Assembly: GCA_018818405.1 (NCBI GenBank)
Contig: JAHIRY010000038.1
Coordinates: forward strand, 35,449 to 99,448
Origin: Patescibacteria group bacterium
GTDB taxonomy: Bacteria > Patescibacteriota > Patescibacteriia > UBA11705 > JABHMO01
Direction of reading: 5' to 3'
DNA length: 64,000 nucleotides
The notes under the pieces were generated by a model, which worked only from the letters and a program-made list of their open reading frames with translations, was not told where the DNA came from and ran no database searches. Below, in pieces: positions 16,690-24,831 of this stretch (position 1 is the first letter of the stretch; the number at the start of each line of letters is the position of its first letter). The translations under genes were made by a program, and so were the position numbers.

Positions 16690-18720
16690 TCATTCAAAGC
16701 ACTGAAAATCCCTGAACCAAATTTCTCCTTCTCCTCGAGGATCGATTTGGCCGGGAATGATATCGATTTCATGATTGCATGAAACATTGGCCGCCCGCCA
16801 ATCATAACAGCTCCATTCATGCGGAGCGATGCAAGCGCAATTGAAATCAATCCACGAATTTCCCCGCAGACAGATCTCATCAATGTCCGAATCGATCACC
16901 GCCGGATTGCCGACCGCGCTCTTGTCCGCGGAATACCACGCATACGCGCGCATTCCCGCCGGACAAGTGATGGTGCAGCGAACCGACAAATCGATTTCAT
17001 CGCTCGCTTCGTTTTCTTCTTCCCGCTCAACTCCTTCATCATCAATCGCTTCTTCCGGCACATTTTCCGCTGATTCAACTTCTTCTTCCGGAGGATTTTC
17101 CAACGCTGGGGATTCTTCTTCAGGCAAAGAAACTTCCTCTTCTTCAACCGGTTCTTCTTCCGACTCCGGTTCTTCATCATCAATCGCTTCTTCCGGCAAA
17201 GATTCTGCCGGTTCTTCCGGAGGATTTTCATTCGGTATTTGAAATTCTTCCTCATCCAGAATCATTGTGCATTGGCCATTGACGCAAGAGCAGTCCGCCG
17301 GACACCAAGATCCGACATCCACCGCTCCATCGCAATCATTGTCCAGTCCGTCGCAAACTTCTTCCGCTCCCGGAAAGATTCGCGCATTGTTGTCATCGCA
17401 ATCGCCTTCTTCAATGCCGGAACCGTCGCCATCCGAATCAGTTGATTCCACCTCGGCAACGCCGGCGACGCTCAGAAGTCCGTCCATCAAACATTGGCTC
17501 GCGCTTTCCATGGAAATCATCTGTCCGAGTGAAGAAACACTCGAATTGAACTGTTCCTCATTTGCGAGCCAATAAACCTGGCGGCTGTATCCCATCAAAT
17601 TGAAAACTTCCCAGCCGTCAAAAGGCATCAATTCTCCATTTCCCGTCACAAAGAAAATCACTCCGCTCCCATAGCCCGGAAGATCGAATGACGGCTTGAT
17701 CAACGTTCCCGCCCGGCTATAGAGAACTCCGCCAAAATTGCAGCGGTTGTAATATTCGGCTCTGGCGACCGGTTCTGCCAGATTGCGGAGCGCTCCGGGA
17801 ATTTTCCATGTATTGAAACTGAATTCCGATGAAAATTGATAGTAAGCGCAAGACTCGCTGTCAGCGCTCTGCCGTTCCATGAGATAAATTCTTGAATTGA
17901 CTTGAAAAACTTCTCTATACGGCTCCCAGGAAATTTCTCCGCCATATTGATAGCAGGAGAGCTCGCGCTGAGAAACCGTCAGAATTCTCTGCCAATCGAA
18001 ATTGTGCGCATTGAAAACATCTTCATCGAAAATCCAAAACGCGCTTCCGCCGATCAGCAGATATACGCGCGGATCACCGGCCACTTTTATCAACGAATCA
18101 TTCGGATGCCAGGAAACCGCATTGTTGTCATCATGGACAACGAGCGCGCTTCTATTGGATGTTCGCCACGAACGGTCAAAATCATCCAATGAATAGCGCA
18201 AAAAAGCGCCGTGCGTTTTTCCCGGATCATGGACAATCAATTCTTCTCCTTCGATGCCGACCGCAACCATGAAATGTCCCAACCTCTGCGGATCCATTTG
18301 GATATTGACTCCGACGATCACCGGATTTCCGGCTGACAATTCATCTCTGATAAAATCAATATTGCTGTTCGCCTGACTGCTGACAAGACTGAACTGGTAA
18401 TAAACCTCCAAAATATCTTTGAGCTGACTGATGGAAGTGACATTTCCGTCGTAATATTCGGCATTTGCCTGAGGAGAAATGTAATCCCAATGGTACAGCC
18501 AATCAACGATGCTCATGGTGTCGCCGGCGGTCGGCTCGAATTGCAGATGGTAGGCCGCAACCATGAGCGCGCTTGTCGGTCCGCAATTCATGTTTTTGTT
18601 CCAATCTCCGGGCGGTGATTGCGGAATGAACGGCGCGCCGTCCAACAACGTTGCTTGCGCTGAGGTTGCTGAAAGCAAAAGACCGATGATGACGGCAAAG
18701 GCGAAAACTTTACGGTTCAT
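16690..18720 (-). CDS. secreted multidomain protein: signal peptide, C39-like peptidase domain, acidic PEE-rich repeats, MopE-like DNDCDG Cys-rich motif, Cys-rich C-terminus
   Basis: QSPPGDWNKNMNCGPTSALMVAAY block; repeats ENPPEE/ESEEEPVEEEE; CDGLDNDCDGAVD; SD CAGGAGAA. Confidence 0.75.
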   Translation of the reverse strand: MNRKVFAFAVIIGLLLSATSAQATLLDGAPFIPQSPPGDWNKNMNCGPTSALMVAAYHLQFEPTAGDTMSIVDWLYHWDYISPQANAEYYDGNVTSISQLKDILEVYYQFSLVSSQANSNIDFIRDELSAGNPVIVGVNIQMDPQRLGHFMVAVGIEGEELIVHDPGKTHGAFLRYSLDDFDRSWRTSNRSALVVHDDNNAVSWHPNDSLIKVAGDPRVYLLIGGSAFWIFDEDVFNAHNFDWQRILTVSQRELSCYQYGGEISWEPYREVFQVNSRIYLMERQSADSESCAYYQFSSEFSFNTWKIPGALRNLAEPVARAEYYNRCNFGGVLYSRAGTLIKPSFDLPGYGSGVIFFVTGNGELMPFDGWEVFNLMGYSRQVYWLANEEQFNSSVSSLGQMISMESASQCLMDGLLSVAGVAEVESTDSDGDGSGIEEGDCDDNNARIFPGAEEVCDGLDNDCDGAVDVGSWCPADCSCVNGQCTMILDEEEFQIPNENPPEEPAESLPEEAIDDEEPESEEEPVEEEEVSLPEEESPALENPPEEEVESAENVPEEAIDDEGVEREEENEASDEIDLSVRCTITCPAGMRAYAWYSADKSAVGNPAVIDSDIDEICLRGNSWIDFNCACIAPHEWSCYDWRAANVSCNHEIDIIPGQIDPRGEGEIWFRDFQCFE

Positions 18721-18753
18721 GGCTATTCTCCTGTTGTCTGTGAGTTTGCCGGG

Positions 18754-19479
18754 TTAAAACCGAAACCAACGAAGAAACGTGTTGAAAACCCGTTTCAATT
18801 CTTCCTGATTCCGGCCGGCGGGAAAAAAGGCAATGTCGTAAATGAAACCGGAACCCTGGACAAAAATTCTCGGTTCTCCGTAATAAATTCCGGAAACCCG
18901 TTTTGCTTGAATTGCGTTCAACTCTTTTCGCACGGGGATGACCAGCTTTTCATGTTCAGTGACAATTCCGCTGTAGATTTCTTCGAAAAATTGATTCCAA
19001 TCAGACACAGTCGTCTGATATACATCCACGCTGATCAAATTGAATTCCGTCGCGTATTTCTCAGAATTCACTTCCACGCTTCCCGACTCTCCGGTAAAAT
19101 AATCCGCCGGCGCCGCGCCTCCCTGAGCAATGAATTTTTCCGTGTCTTTCACTCGGATCGAATAGCGGATGAATTTTCCTCCGCCGCTGTCATTTCCCAG
19201 CAATTCCACTTGCCAACCGGCCGGATACTTGAAATCAAAACGATTGACGGAAAACTGCAGCCAATTGTCAGCCGGAATTGTGTCCGCGGTCAGAGCCGCC
19301 GGAGCGACAGCGTCGCCGAAACGGGTTTGCTTCACTTCTCCCGCTTCCGGCAAAAGCTCTGTCTCGATCTCTTTCTGTTGCCGGCATCCGGCGAGAAAAA
19401 TGAGCGACCAGAAAACGATCACTGTGAAAACCGGCAAATTTTTTTTGAAAGTTGTCATAGCGTTTCTCCTTTTTGCCAA
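18754..19479 (-). CDS. secreted lipoprotein, hypothetical (lipobox LAGC)
   Basis: signal peptide; same operon as the 16690 gene. Confidence 0.6.
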   Translation of the reverse strand: MAKRRNAMTTFKKNLPVFTVIVFWSLIFLAGCRQQKEIETELLPEAGEVKQTRFGDAVAPAALTADTIPADNWLQFSVNRFDFKYPAGWQVELLGNDSGGGKFIRYSIRVKDTEKFIAQGGAAPADYFTGESGSVEVNSEKYATEFNLISVDVYQTTVSDWNQFFEEIYSGIVTEHEKLVIPVRKELNAIQAKRVSGIYYGEPRIFVQGSGFIYDIAFFPAGRNQEELKRVFNTFLRWFRF

Positions 19480-19502
19480 ACAAGTTGTTCAGCTGTTATT
19501 TG

Positions 19503-20159
19503 TTAGTTGCTCCGAGCCAAGGCTCTCCACGGAAATTTATTCATGAGACGATTGACATACGATTGGCTCAAACCTCGGTAAAGCAGAGTCATCTCGTAGG
19601 AAGAACCCTCGCTTTTTGCCATGACGCGAGGCGCGTCCCAATAATGATCTCCGCTCGCATTGAGCAAAGTCACTTCGATTTCTCCGACTTTCGCGACTTC
19701 GTGCGCGCCGGAAAAAGAGGTTCTCAGCATTTTCGATGAATTTACGGAAGCGCCTTCCATTTTTTTGATCAAGAACAAAGAATATTCAGCTGACTTTTTT
19801 CGGCTCTTGTATTCCACCGCGTTCGGTCTGATCAGACAAAACAATGATGACGCTCCGACCTGTTTCACAACATAAATCTGTTTTCCCAAATCCCGCTGTT
19901 GCAGCCACATGACGGGGAAAAGAAAGTTTTGCAATTCAGATTCCTGCCACTGCCGTTCATTGCCGGCAAAAACCGTCGGACTGACATTCTGATCGCGAGG
20001 CAAAATCATATCCGCCTCCGGCGGATCCACTCCTTCCAGAGAAAACCGATCTTCAAAATGCAACTTTCTTCCGATTGTTTTTCCATGGCCTGCGCAGCCA
20101 ATGAAAATCGTTGCAAAAAAAACGAGAGACAAAACCAGCTGAAACTTTTTCATTTCCAT
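19503..20159 (-). CDS. secreted lipoprotein, hypothetical (lipobox FIGC)
   Basis: signal peptide; first gene of a three-gene minus-strand operon. Confidence 0.6.
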   Translation of the reverse strand: MEMKKFQLVLSLVFFATIFIGCAGHGKTIGRKLHFEDRFSLEGVDPPEADMILPRDQNVSPTVFAGNERQWQESELQNFLFPVMWLQQRDLGKQIYVVKQVGASSLFCLIRPNAVEYKSRKKSAEYSLFLIKKMEGASVNSSKMLRTSFSGAHEVAKVGEIEVTLLNASGDHYWDAPRVMAKSEGSSYEMTLLYRGLSQSYVNRLMNKFPWRALARSN

Positions 20160-20392
20160 TCTCCTTGTTCAAAAGGTTGAATTGTCAAAGAACCGAATTC
20201 ATTTCATGCGAACCTCCGTTTCCAAAAAGTCAGTTCAACCATCCCATTTCTCAACTTCATTGTATGGAGGAATCAAGCGCAACCGAAGAAAAATGTTATA
20301 AACACTCGTCAAAAAAATTAAAAATCAAAAATCTCCTTGGTAAAAAGAGATTTTTCTTGTCGAAAGACTTCAACAAAAATCACACAAGCCGA

Positions 20393-20421
20393 TTGACAGT
20401 GGCGTTTTTTACGGTTAAACT
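20393..20421 (+). promoter_or_regulatory. putative promoter TTGACA-16-TTAAAC(T) for the HAD pair
   Basis: hexamers seen 40 nt upstream of the 20460 ATG. Confidence 0.35.
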
Positions 20422-20459
20422 GATGACGTTCGTTCATTTCACAACAAAGGAGGCGCGGT

Positions 20460-21308
20460 ATGACGAAAAGGCTTGTTCTGATTGATATTGATAATACTCT
20501 GGTCAACATTGATCTGGGATTTGACGGCTGTTCCGCCGACCAAATAAAAATCGCCTTGAGAAAAGCGATGTCAAGCGGACTGACGATAGGATTGCATTCG
20601 GATCGCCCCGCATTTGACCTGTTCGCGATTCACAAAAATCTGGGACTGAACGGTCCTATCATTGCGGAAAAAGGAAACATTCTTCACTTTCCTCCCAAAT
20701 GGGACATGGAGCCGAATCAAGATCACCGGTTTCTCATGTTTCAATTTCTAAAGACCGAACTTCTGAATATTCTGCTCACCGAATTTTCCGATATTGATGT
20801 ATTTGTCGGCAAAAATCAGAAAATGTTTCGCTTTCTGGCGCAAAACAGGCCGGCTGAAAATCGCAAAATTGTTCTGATCAATAATTACCGAAAGCTGAGT
20901 TTGGCTTTCAATGTGTGCGAGCAAGATCCTGAATCGGAAAATTTGTGCATGAATTTGGTGGAACAAACAGCCAAGATTATTCGCAACTTGTTCACTGCAA
21001 TCTTTGAACAAGAGCCGACAATAGAAATCTATCCGGCGACCAGAGCTTGCATCATCCATCTCCGCGATTCCCACAAACGCAATTCTCTGCCAAAACTCTT
21101 CAGACAATACGGCGCGGGACACAAAATTATTATGATCGGCGATTCGGCTTTTGATTTTCTCGGCAAAGACATCACTCACTGCGCAGTGGAAAACGCATCC
21201 GCCGAATACAAAGCTCTTTGCAACTTTATCGCGCAAAAAGACAGAACCTGCGGTGTGATTGAATGCCTGAAATGGATTCAACGAGGAGGCCACCATGGAA
21301 AAAGATAA
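20460..21308 (+). CDS. HAD-superfamily phosphatase (HAD-IIB/Cof-like)
   Basis: motif I LIDIDNTL (DxDxT), motif IV IMIGDSAFD; SD AAAGGAGG. Confidence 0.75.
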   Translation: MTKRLVLIDIDNTLVNIDLGFDGCSADQIKIALRKAMSSGLTIGLHSDRPAFDLFAIHKNLGLNGPIIAEKGNILHFPPKWDMEPNQDHRFLMFQFLKTELLNILLTEFSDIDVFVGKNQKMFRFLAQNRPAENRKIVLINNYRKLSLAFNVCEQDPESENLCMNLVEQTAKIIRNLFTAIFEQEPTIEIYPATRACIIHLRDSHKRNSLPKLFRQYGAGHKIIMIGDSAFDFLGKDITHCAVENASAEYKALCNFIAQKDRTCGVIECLKWIQRGGHHGKR

Positions 21309-22128
21309 ATTGATTCTCATTGATGTTGACGGAACATTGACCGACGCCTCGTATCAAATCACCGACTCCGGAATCACAAGAAAAATAATGGAAATGCAGA
21401 AACAAGGCTGGACAATCGGGCTGAACTCGGATACGCCGTTTTCTCGTTTGGAAGCAAGAGCGCGGGCTCTTCATTTGAATGGACTGCTCATCTGCGAGCT
21501 GGGCAACAGCATTCATCAAATCAATCCGACGCAACTGATTTGGGAAGAACGGCACAAAGAATCTTTTGCCGAGCTGAATGAAAGATTTCAAGAGGCTGCC
21601 AAAAAATCATTCCCGGAAATAATTCGCAGAGAAAACGACCTGAAATTTTCCCTCGAACGCTTCCGGAATGAATTGCTCCCACACGGATCCGAAATCTGGA
21701 TATTGCATCATGCATCCCGCCGGCACAGCTTTGCGTTTCAGCTGATAAAAAAAACGCCGAGAGGCGACATTTTCGTTGACAGACTCCTCATTCGACTGGC
21801 CGAATGCGCGCAACGGCTTTTCCTCGAAATTTTCCATAAAGAGCCGCTTGCCGATGTGAATCACAAATACGGGGTCTGCATCCTGCATCACAAAGATTCA
21901 CGCAAATCAAAAGCCGCGGCCGCCGTTTTCGCGATCCTCGGCTATGAAAAAATATATATGATCGGAGACAGCATGTCCGACTTTCTCAATCATCCATGCG
22001 TTGTGCAATGCGCGGTCGGCAATGCCTCAATCGAATACAAACGAGAATGCTCCATTGTTGCCAAAAATCACCTCGCCTCAGGTGTAATCGAATGCCTGGG
22101 GCAAATCAAAGAAATGAAAGACGAATAA
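21295..22128 (+). CDS. HAD-superfamily phosphatase, tandem paralog (overlaps the upstream gene by 14 nt)
   Basis: LIDVDGTL, YMIGDSMSD; colinear similarity to the 20460 protein. Confidence 0.75.
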   Translation: MEKDKLILIDVDGTLTDASYQITDSGITRKIMEMQKQGWTIGLNSDTPFSRLEARARALHLNGLLICELGNSIHQINPTQLIWEERHKESFAELNERFQEAAKKSFPEIIRRENDLKFSLERFRNELLPHGSEIWILHHASRRHSFAFQLIKKTPRGDIFVDRLLIRLAECAQRLFLEIFHKEPLADVNHKYGVCILHHKDSRKSKAAAAVFAILGYEKIYMIGDSMSDFLNHPCVVQCAVGNASIEYKRECSIVAKNHLASGVIECLGQIKEMKDE

Positions 22129-22133
22129 ACAAA

Positions 22134-22170
22134 AAAGCGCCGGACAATGTTCCGCCGCTTTTTCATTTTT
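22134..22170 (+). terminator. intrinsic terminator after the HAD pair
   Basis: AAGCGCCGG-ACAATGTT-CCGCCGCTT, T-run. Confidence 0.6.
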
Positions 22171-22269
22171 CGCTGATATTAAATAAACAAATTTCACGCA
22201 TGATTGACGTAAAAAAATGAAAATGATAAATTTCAAATGGAAATAACCTGCGCACAAGGAGGAAAAAGC

Positions 22270-22923
22270 ATGCGCAATGCGAAATTTGTTCCGGTCATTC
22301 TTTTCTTTGCGGCGACCATGTTCGCCGCTTGCACAGACGAAAATGACAATTCGAAAAAAAAAGCAAGCGAAGGTGAAGCAGAATCGGTCGGCTCGATGAC
22401 AATCATTTCCATGCCGGTGGAAGACGCGGAAATCATTCTCAATGAAGAGGAAACCGGCCACCGCACGCCGCAGACTTTTCACAATCTTTCGCTCGGTCTT
22501 CACCAAATAGAACTGAAACTCGCCGGTCGGCGGCAAGCTGATATTCCGCTGGCGGTTTCTCTGACCGCCAAGGAGGAAGACTCCGATACTCCGCAATTAT
22601 TGAATGTTGAAATTTTCCTGTACCGAGAACTCTCGGGGGGATGGAAAGATGAATCCGGCGCGCGCGTCGAGGCGGAAATGGAAATTGTGACCGAGGAATA
22701 TGAATATCTGTGTCCTGACACGCCGCTCAGCGTTCGCGGATTCGATCCTGTCGGATCGCTCTGCGTGGAAAAAGACGATACGCTCTCACTCTGCAAAACG
22801 CATGACGCGAAATGCGGCGAGCAGTTTGCTCAAGGCAGGATCGCTGATGACGGCAATGTCGTGGAATTCACGGTAGCCGAATCTGAAAAAGTGATTCGCT
22901 ACACCAGACTCCCGACAATGTAA
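22270..22923 (+). CDS. lipoprotein with PEGA-like beta-sandwich domain (ORF from 22237; SD indicates the 22270 start)
   Basis: signal plus lipobox FAAC; MTIISMPVEDAEIILNEEETGHRTPQTF...HQIELKL PEGA-like pattern; paralog of 24046. Confidence 0.7.
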   Translation: MRNAKFVPVILFFAATMFAACTDENDNSKKKASEGEAESVGSMTIISMPVEDAEIILNEEETGHRTPQTFHNLSLGLHQIELKLAGRRQADIPLAVSLTAKEEDSDTPQLLNVEIFLYRELSGGWKDESGARVEAEMEIVTEEYEYLCPDTPLSVRGFDPVGSLCVEKDDTLSLCKTHDAKCGEQFAQGRIADDGNVVEFTVAESEKVIRYTRLPTM

Positions 22924-22954
22924 TCCGCGCGCAAACGCGCAATCAACTGAAAAA

Positions 22955-22990
22955 CCCGCGAACGCGCAGAGCGTCGCGGGAATTTTTTTT
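22955..22990 (+). terminator. intrinsic terminator
   Basis: CCCGCGA-loop-TCGCGGG hairpin, T8. Confidence 0.6.
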
Positions 22991-23030
22991 AAGTGAAACT
23001 ATTTATAAACCTGCGCCCCGATCAGCGAAA

Positions 23031-23250
23031 CTACGACGACAGCAGACTCTGAATCGAGTTCAGAGTGACAGGTGTGGGGCGCGAATTACTAACAATTGCA
23101 ATGAACCTCGAATAGTTGCCACAGTTTCGCAAATACGCAAATGCACAGTTACTCTTACTCCGTCGTCGGCTCTCCCATCGTCACTCTGAACTCGATTCAG
23201 AGTCTGCTTCCGGTTCGCTTAGTCGATTCGCTTACAATGTCGTCATCGCG
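23031..23250. repeat. palindromic repeat family R4, units a (inverted) and b (direct) (core CGTCACTCTGAACTCGATTCAGAGTCT plus ~45-nt tail)
   Basis: 23045-23069 and 23178-23250 are mutually inverted copies; core is itself a 9-bp-stem hairpin. Confidence 0.8.
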
Positions 23251-23267
23251 CAACAACTCACATACCG

Positions 23268-23573
23268 CTAATTCCACGTTGCGCTCAAATCTTCAAAATT
23301 AGGATTTTCCTTTTTTATCAAATCAATTTTCCACGGCCGATGCCATCGCTTCAATTGTTTTTCTCTGGCAATGGCAGAATACACATCCGTAAAATCCTCG
23401 TAATAAACTAATTTTTGTAAACAATAACGAGCGCTGAATGAATTTGGATTGTATTTATTTTTGTGTTCCCACAAACGCCGCTCAACATTGTTCGTCACGC
23501 CAATATAAAAAACCGTATTCCTTGTGTTTGTAATAATATATACATAATAATTACGTTGAACAAATTTTCGCAT
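23268..23573 (-). CDS. small GIY-YIG nuclease (YhbQ/COG2827-like)
   Basis: YVYIITNTRNTVFYIGVTNNVERRLWEH GIY-YIG core; 101 aa; paralog of 33838. Confidence 0.8.
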   Translation of the reverse strand: MRKFVQRNYYVYIITNTRNTVFYIGVTNNVERRLWEHKNKYNPNSFSARYCLQKLVYYEDFTDVYSAIAREKQLKRWHRPWKIDLIKKENPNFEDLSATWN

Positions 23574-23676
23574 ATCATTTTTTAAATCATGCTAACTAAT
23601 ACTTTCAGAATAGCACAATTTTTTTTCGACCGGAATAAACAACGAAACAATCGCGCCTTCGTTCAGCGAAACTTCC

Positions 23677-23905
23677 GACGCTAACAGACTCTGAATCGAG
23701 TTCAGAGTGACGGGGTGCGGCGCGTCGTCTCATCATCATCATGATTATCCTCGTCACTCTGAACTCGATTCAGAGTCTCCCTCCGGTTTCACCTAGTCGG
23801 TTCCGCTACGACAGCGTCCGCCCGCCCCTCCTCATCGTCACTCTGAACTCGATTCAGAGTCTCTTTTCGGTTTCGCTTAGTCGATTCGACTGCAACGGCG
23901 TCGCG
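23677..23905. repeat. repeat family R4, units c (inverted), d and e (direct, tandem)
   Basis: 23677-23712, 23749-23819, 23833-23905 share the CGTCACTCTGAACTCGATTCAGAGTCT core and tail. Confidence 0.8.
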
Positions 23906-24045
23906 AAACATTCGTCTGCCGTGTACAGGCGTCACAAACGCAAACATTCCCGTAAATTTACACGCAACCTTGACAAAAACCAAAGCAAATGATATATTCG
24001 GCATAGAAAGAAATCACATGGCGATTTAAACAAGGAGGTGTAGCC

Positions 24046-24756
24046 ATGAAGACGAGAACCATGTTTCTCTGTGTCCTGTTCCTTTTTTTGACAACCGTAG
24101 CCGCATCCTGCGGCGAAGACCCCACCAACGCGCCGGGCGAAGGCGAAGGCGAAGGCGAAGGCGAGGGTGAAGGCGAGGGCGAAGGCGAAGGCGAGGGCGA
24201 AGGCGAGCAGCTCGGCTCGCTTACCGTCACCTCCGCGCCGCACGACGGCGCGCAGATCATCATGGATGGCGTGGACACCGGATTCGTCACCCCGCACACG
24301 TTCGACGAGATCAGTGTGGGACGGCACGAGGTCGAGCTCAAGCTCGACGGCCGGATCCAGGCCTACATCCCGCAGGAGGTCGTCCTGACCTCCGGCAAGG
24401 AAGACAGCACCGTGCCGCCAAGCGCCACGGCCGAAATCTTTCTGTATCTGGATCTGACGGGAAAATGGTATGAAGCGGAAATAAATCGGACGACCGAAGC
24501 AGTGGTTTTCCCAAGTGCCAGACTCCAACAACCGGAAATCTCCTGCCCAACCACGGAGATGGCGGCAGGCAAATTTCCCCTATACAACACACTGTGCATC
24601 GAGAGAGACGACTCTCTCTCTCTCTGCAAAGACCATGCCAGCGACTGTTATGGAGCCGAAGTCCGCGGCTCCGTTCAGGAAAACGGCACGAAGATCGAAG
24701 TCACAGATTTCTTTTTTTCTCCGCCGAGGGTACTACACTACACTCTGGTGCAGTGA
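24046..24756 (+). CDS. PEGA-domain lipoprotein paralog with (GE)13 low-complexity linker, strikingly GC-rich (~60%)
   Basis: signal plus lipobox AASC; LTVTSAPHDGAQIIMDGVDTGFVTPHTF aligns colinearly with the 22270 protein; SD AAGGAGG. Confidence 0.75.
   Translation: MKTRTMFLCVLFLFLTTVAASCGEDPTNAPGEGEGEGEGEGEGEGEGEGEGEGEQLGSLTVTSAPHDGAQIIMDGVDTGFVTPHTFDEISVGRHEVELKLDGRIQAYIPQEVVLTSGKEDSTVPPSATAEIFLYLDLTGKWYEAEINRTTEAVVFPSARLQQPEISCPTTEMAAGKFPLYNTLCIERDDSLSLCKDHASDCYGAEVRGSVQENGTKIEVTDFFFSPPRVLHYTLVQ
24136..24207 (+). repeat. (GGCGAA/GGCGAG)n hexanucleotide tandem repeat encoding (GE)n
   Basis: about 11-12 tandem hexamers seen directly. Confidence 0.85.
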
Positions 24757-24794
24757 ACTGCTCTATAGTGTAGTAGCATTTGGCCAATCAAAAA

Positions 24795-24826
24795 CTCCCA
24801 CCGTCAAGAACGGTAGGAGTTTTTTT
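24795..24826. terminator. bidirectional intrinsic terminator between convergent genes
   Basis: CTCCCACCGT-CAAGAA-CGGTAGGAG, T7. Confidence 0.65.
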
Positions 24827-24831
24827 AATTG

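Noticed and set aside
23958-24341. 127-aa ORF rich in SPSPSP and the overlapping 73-aa ORF 24167-24388 (KARAKAKA)
   Set aside because: Both are alternate-frame or antisense readings of the (GGCGAA)n repeat inside the PEGA lipoprotein gene. They are low-complexity artefacts, not genes.
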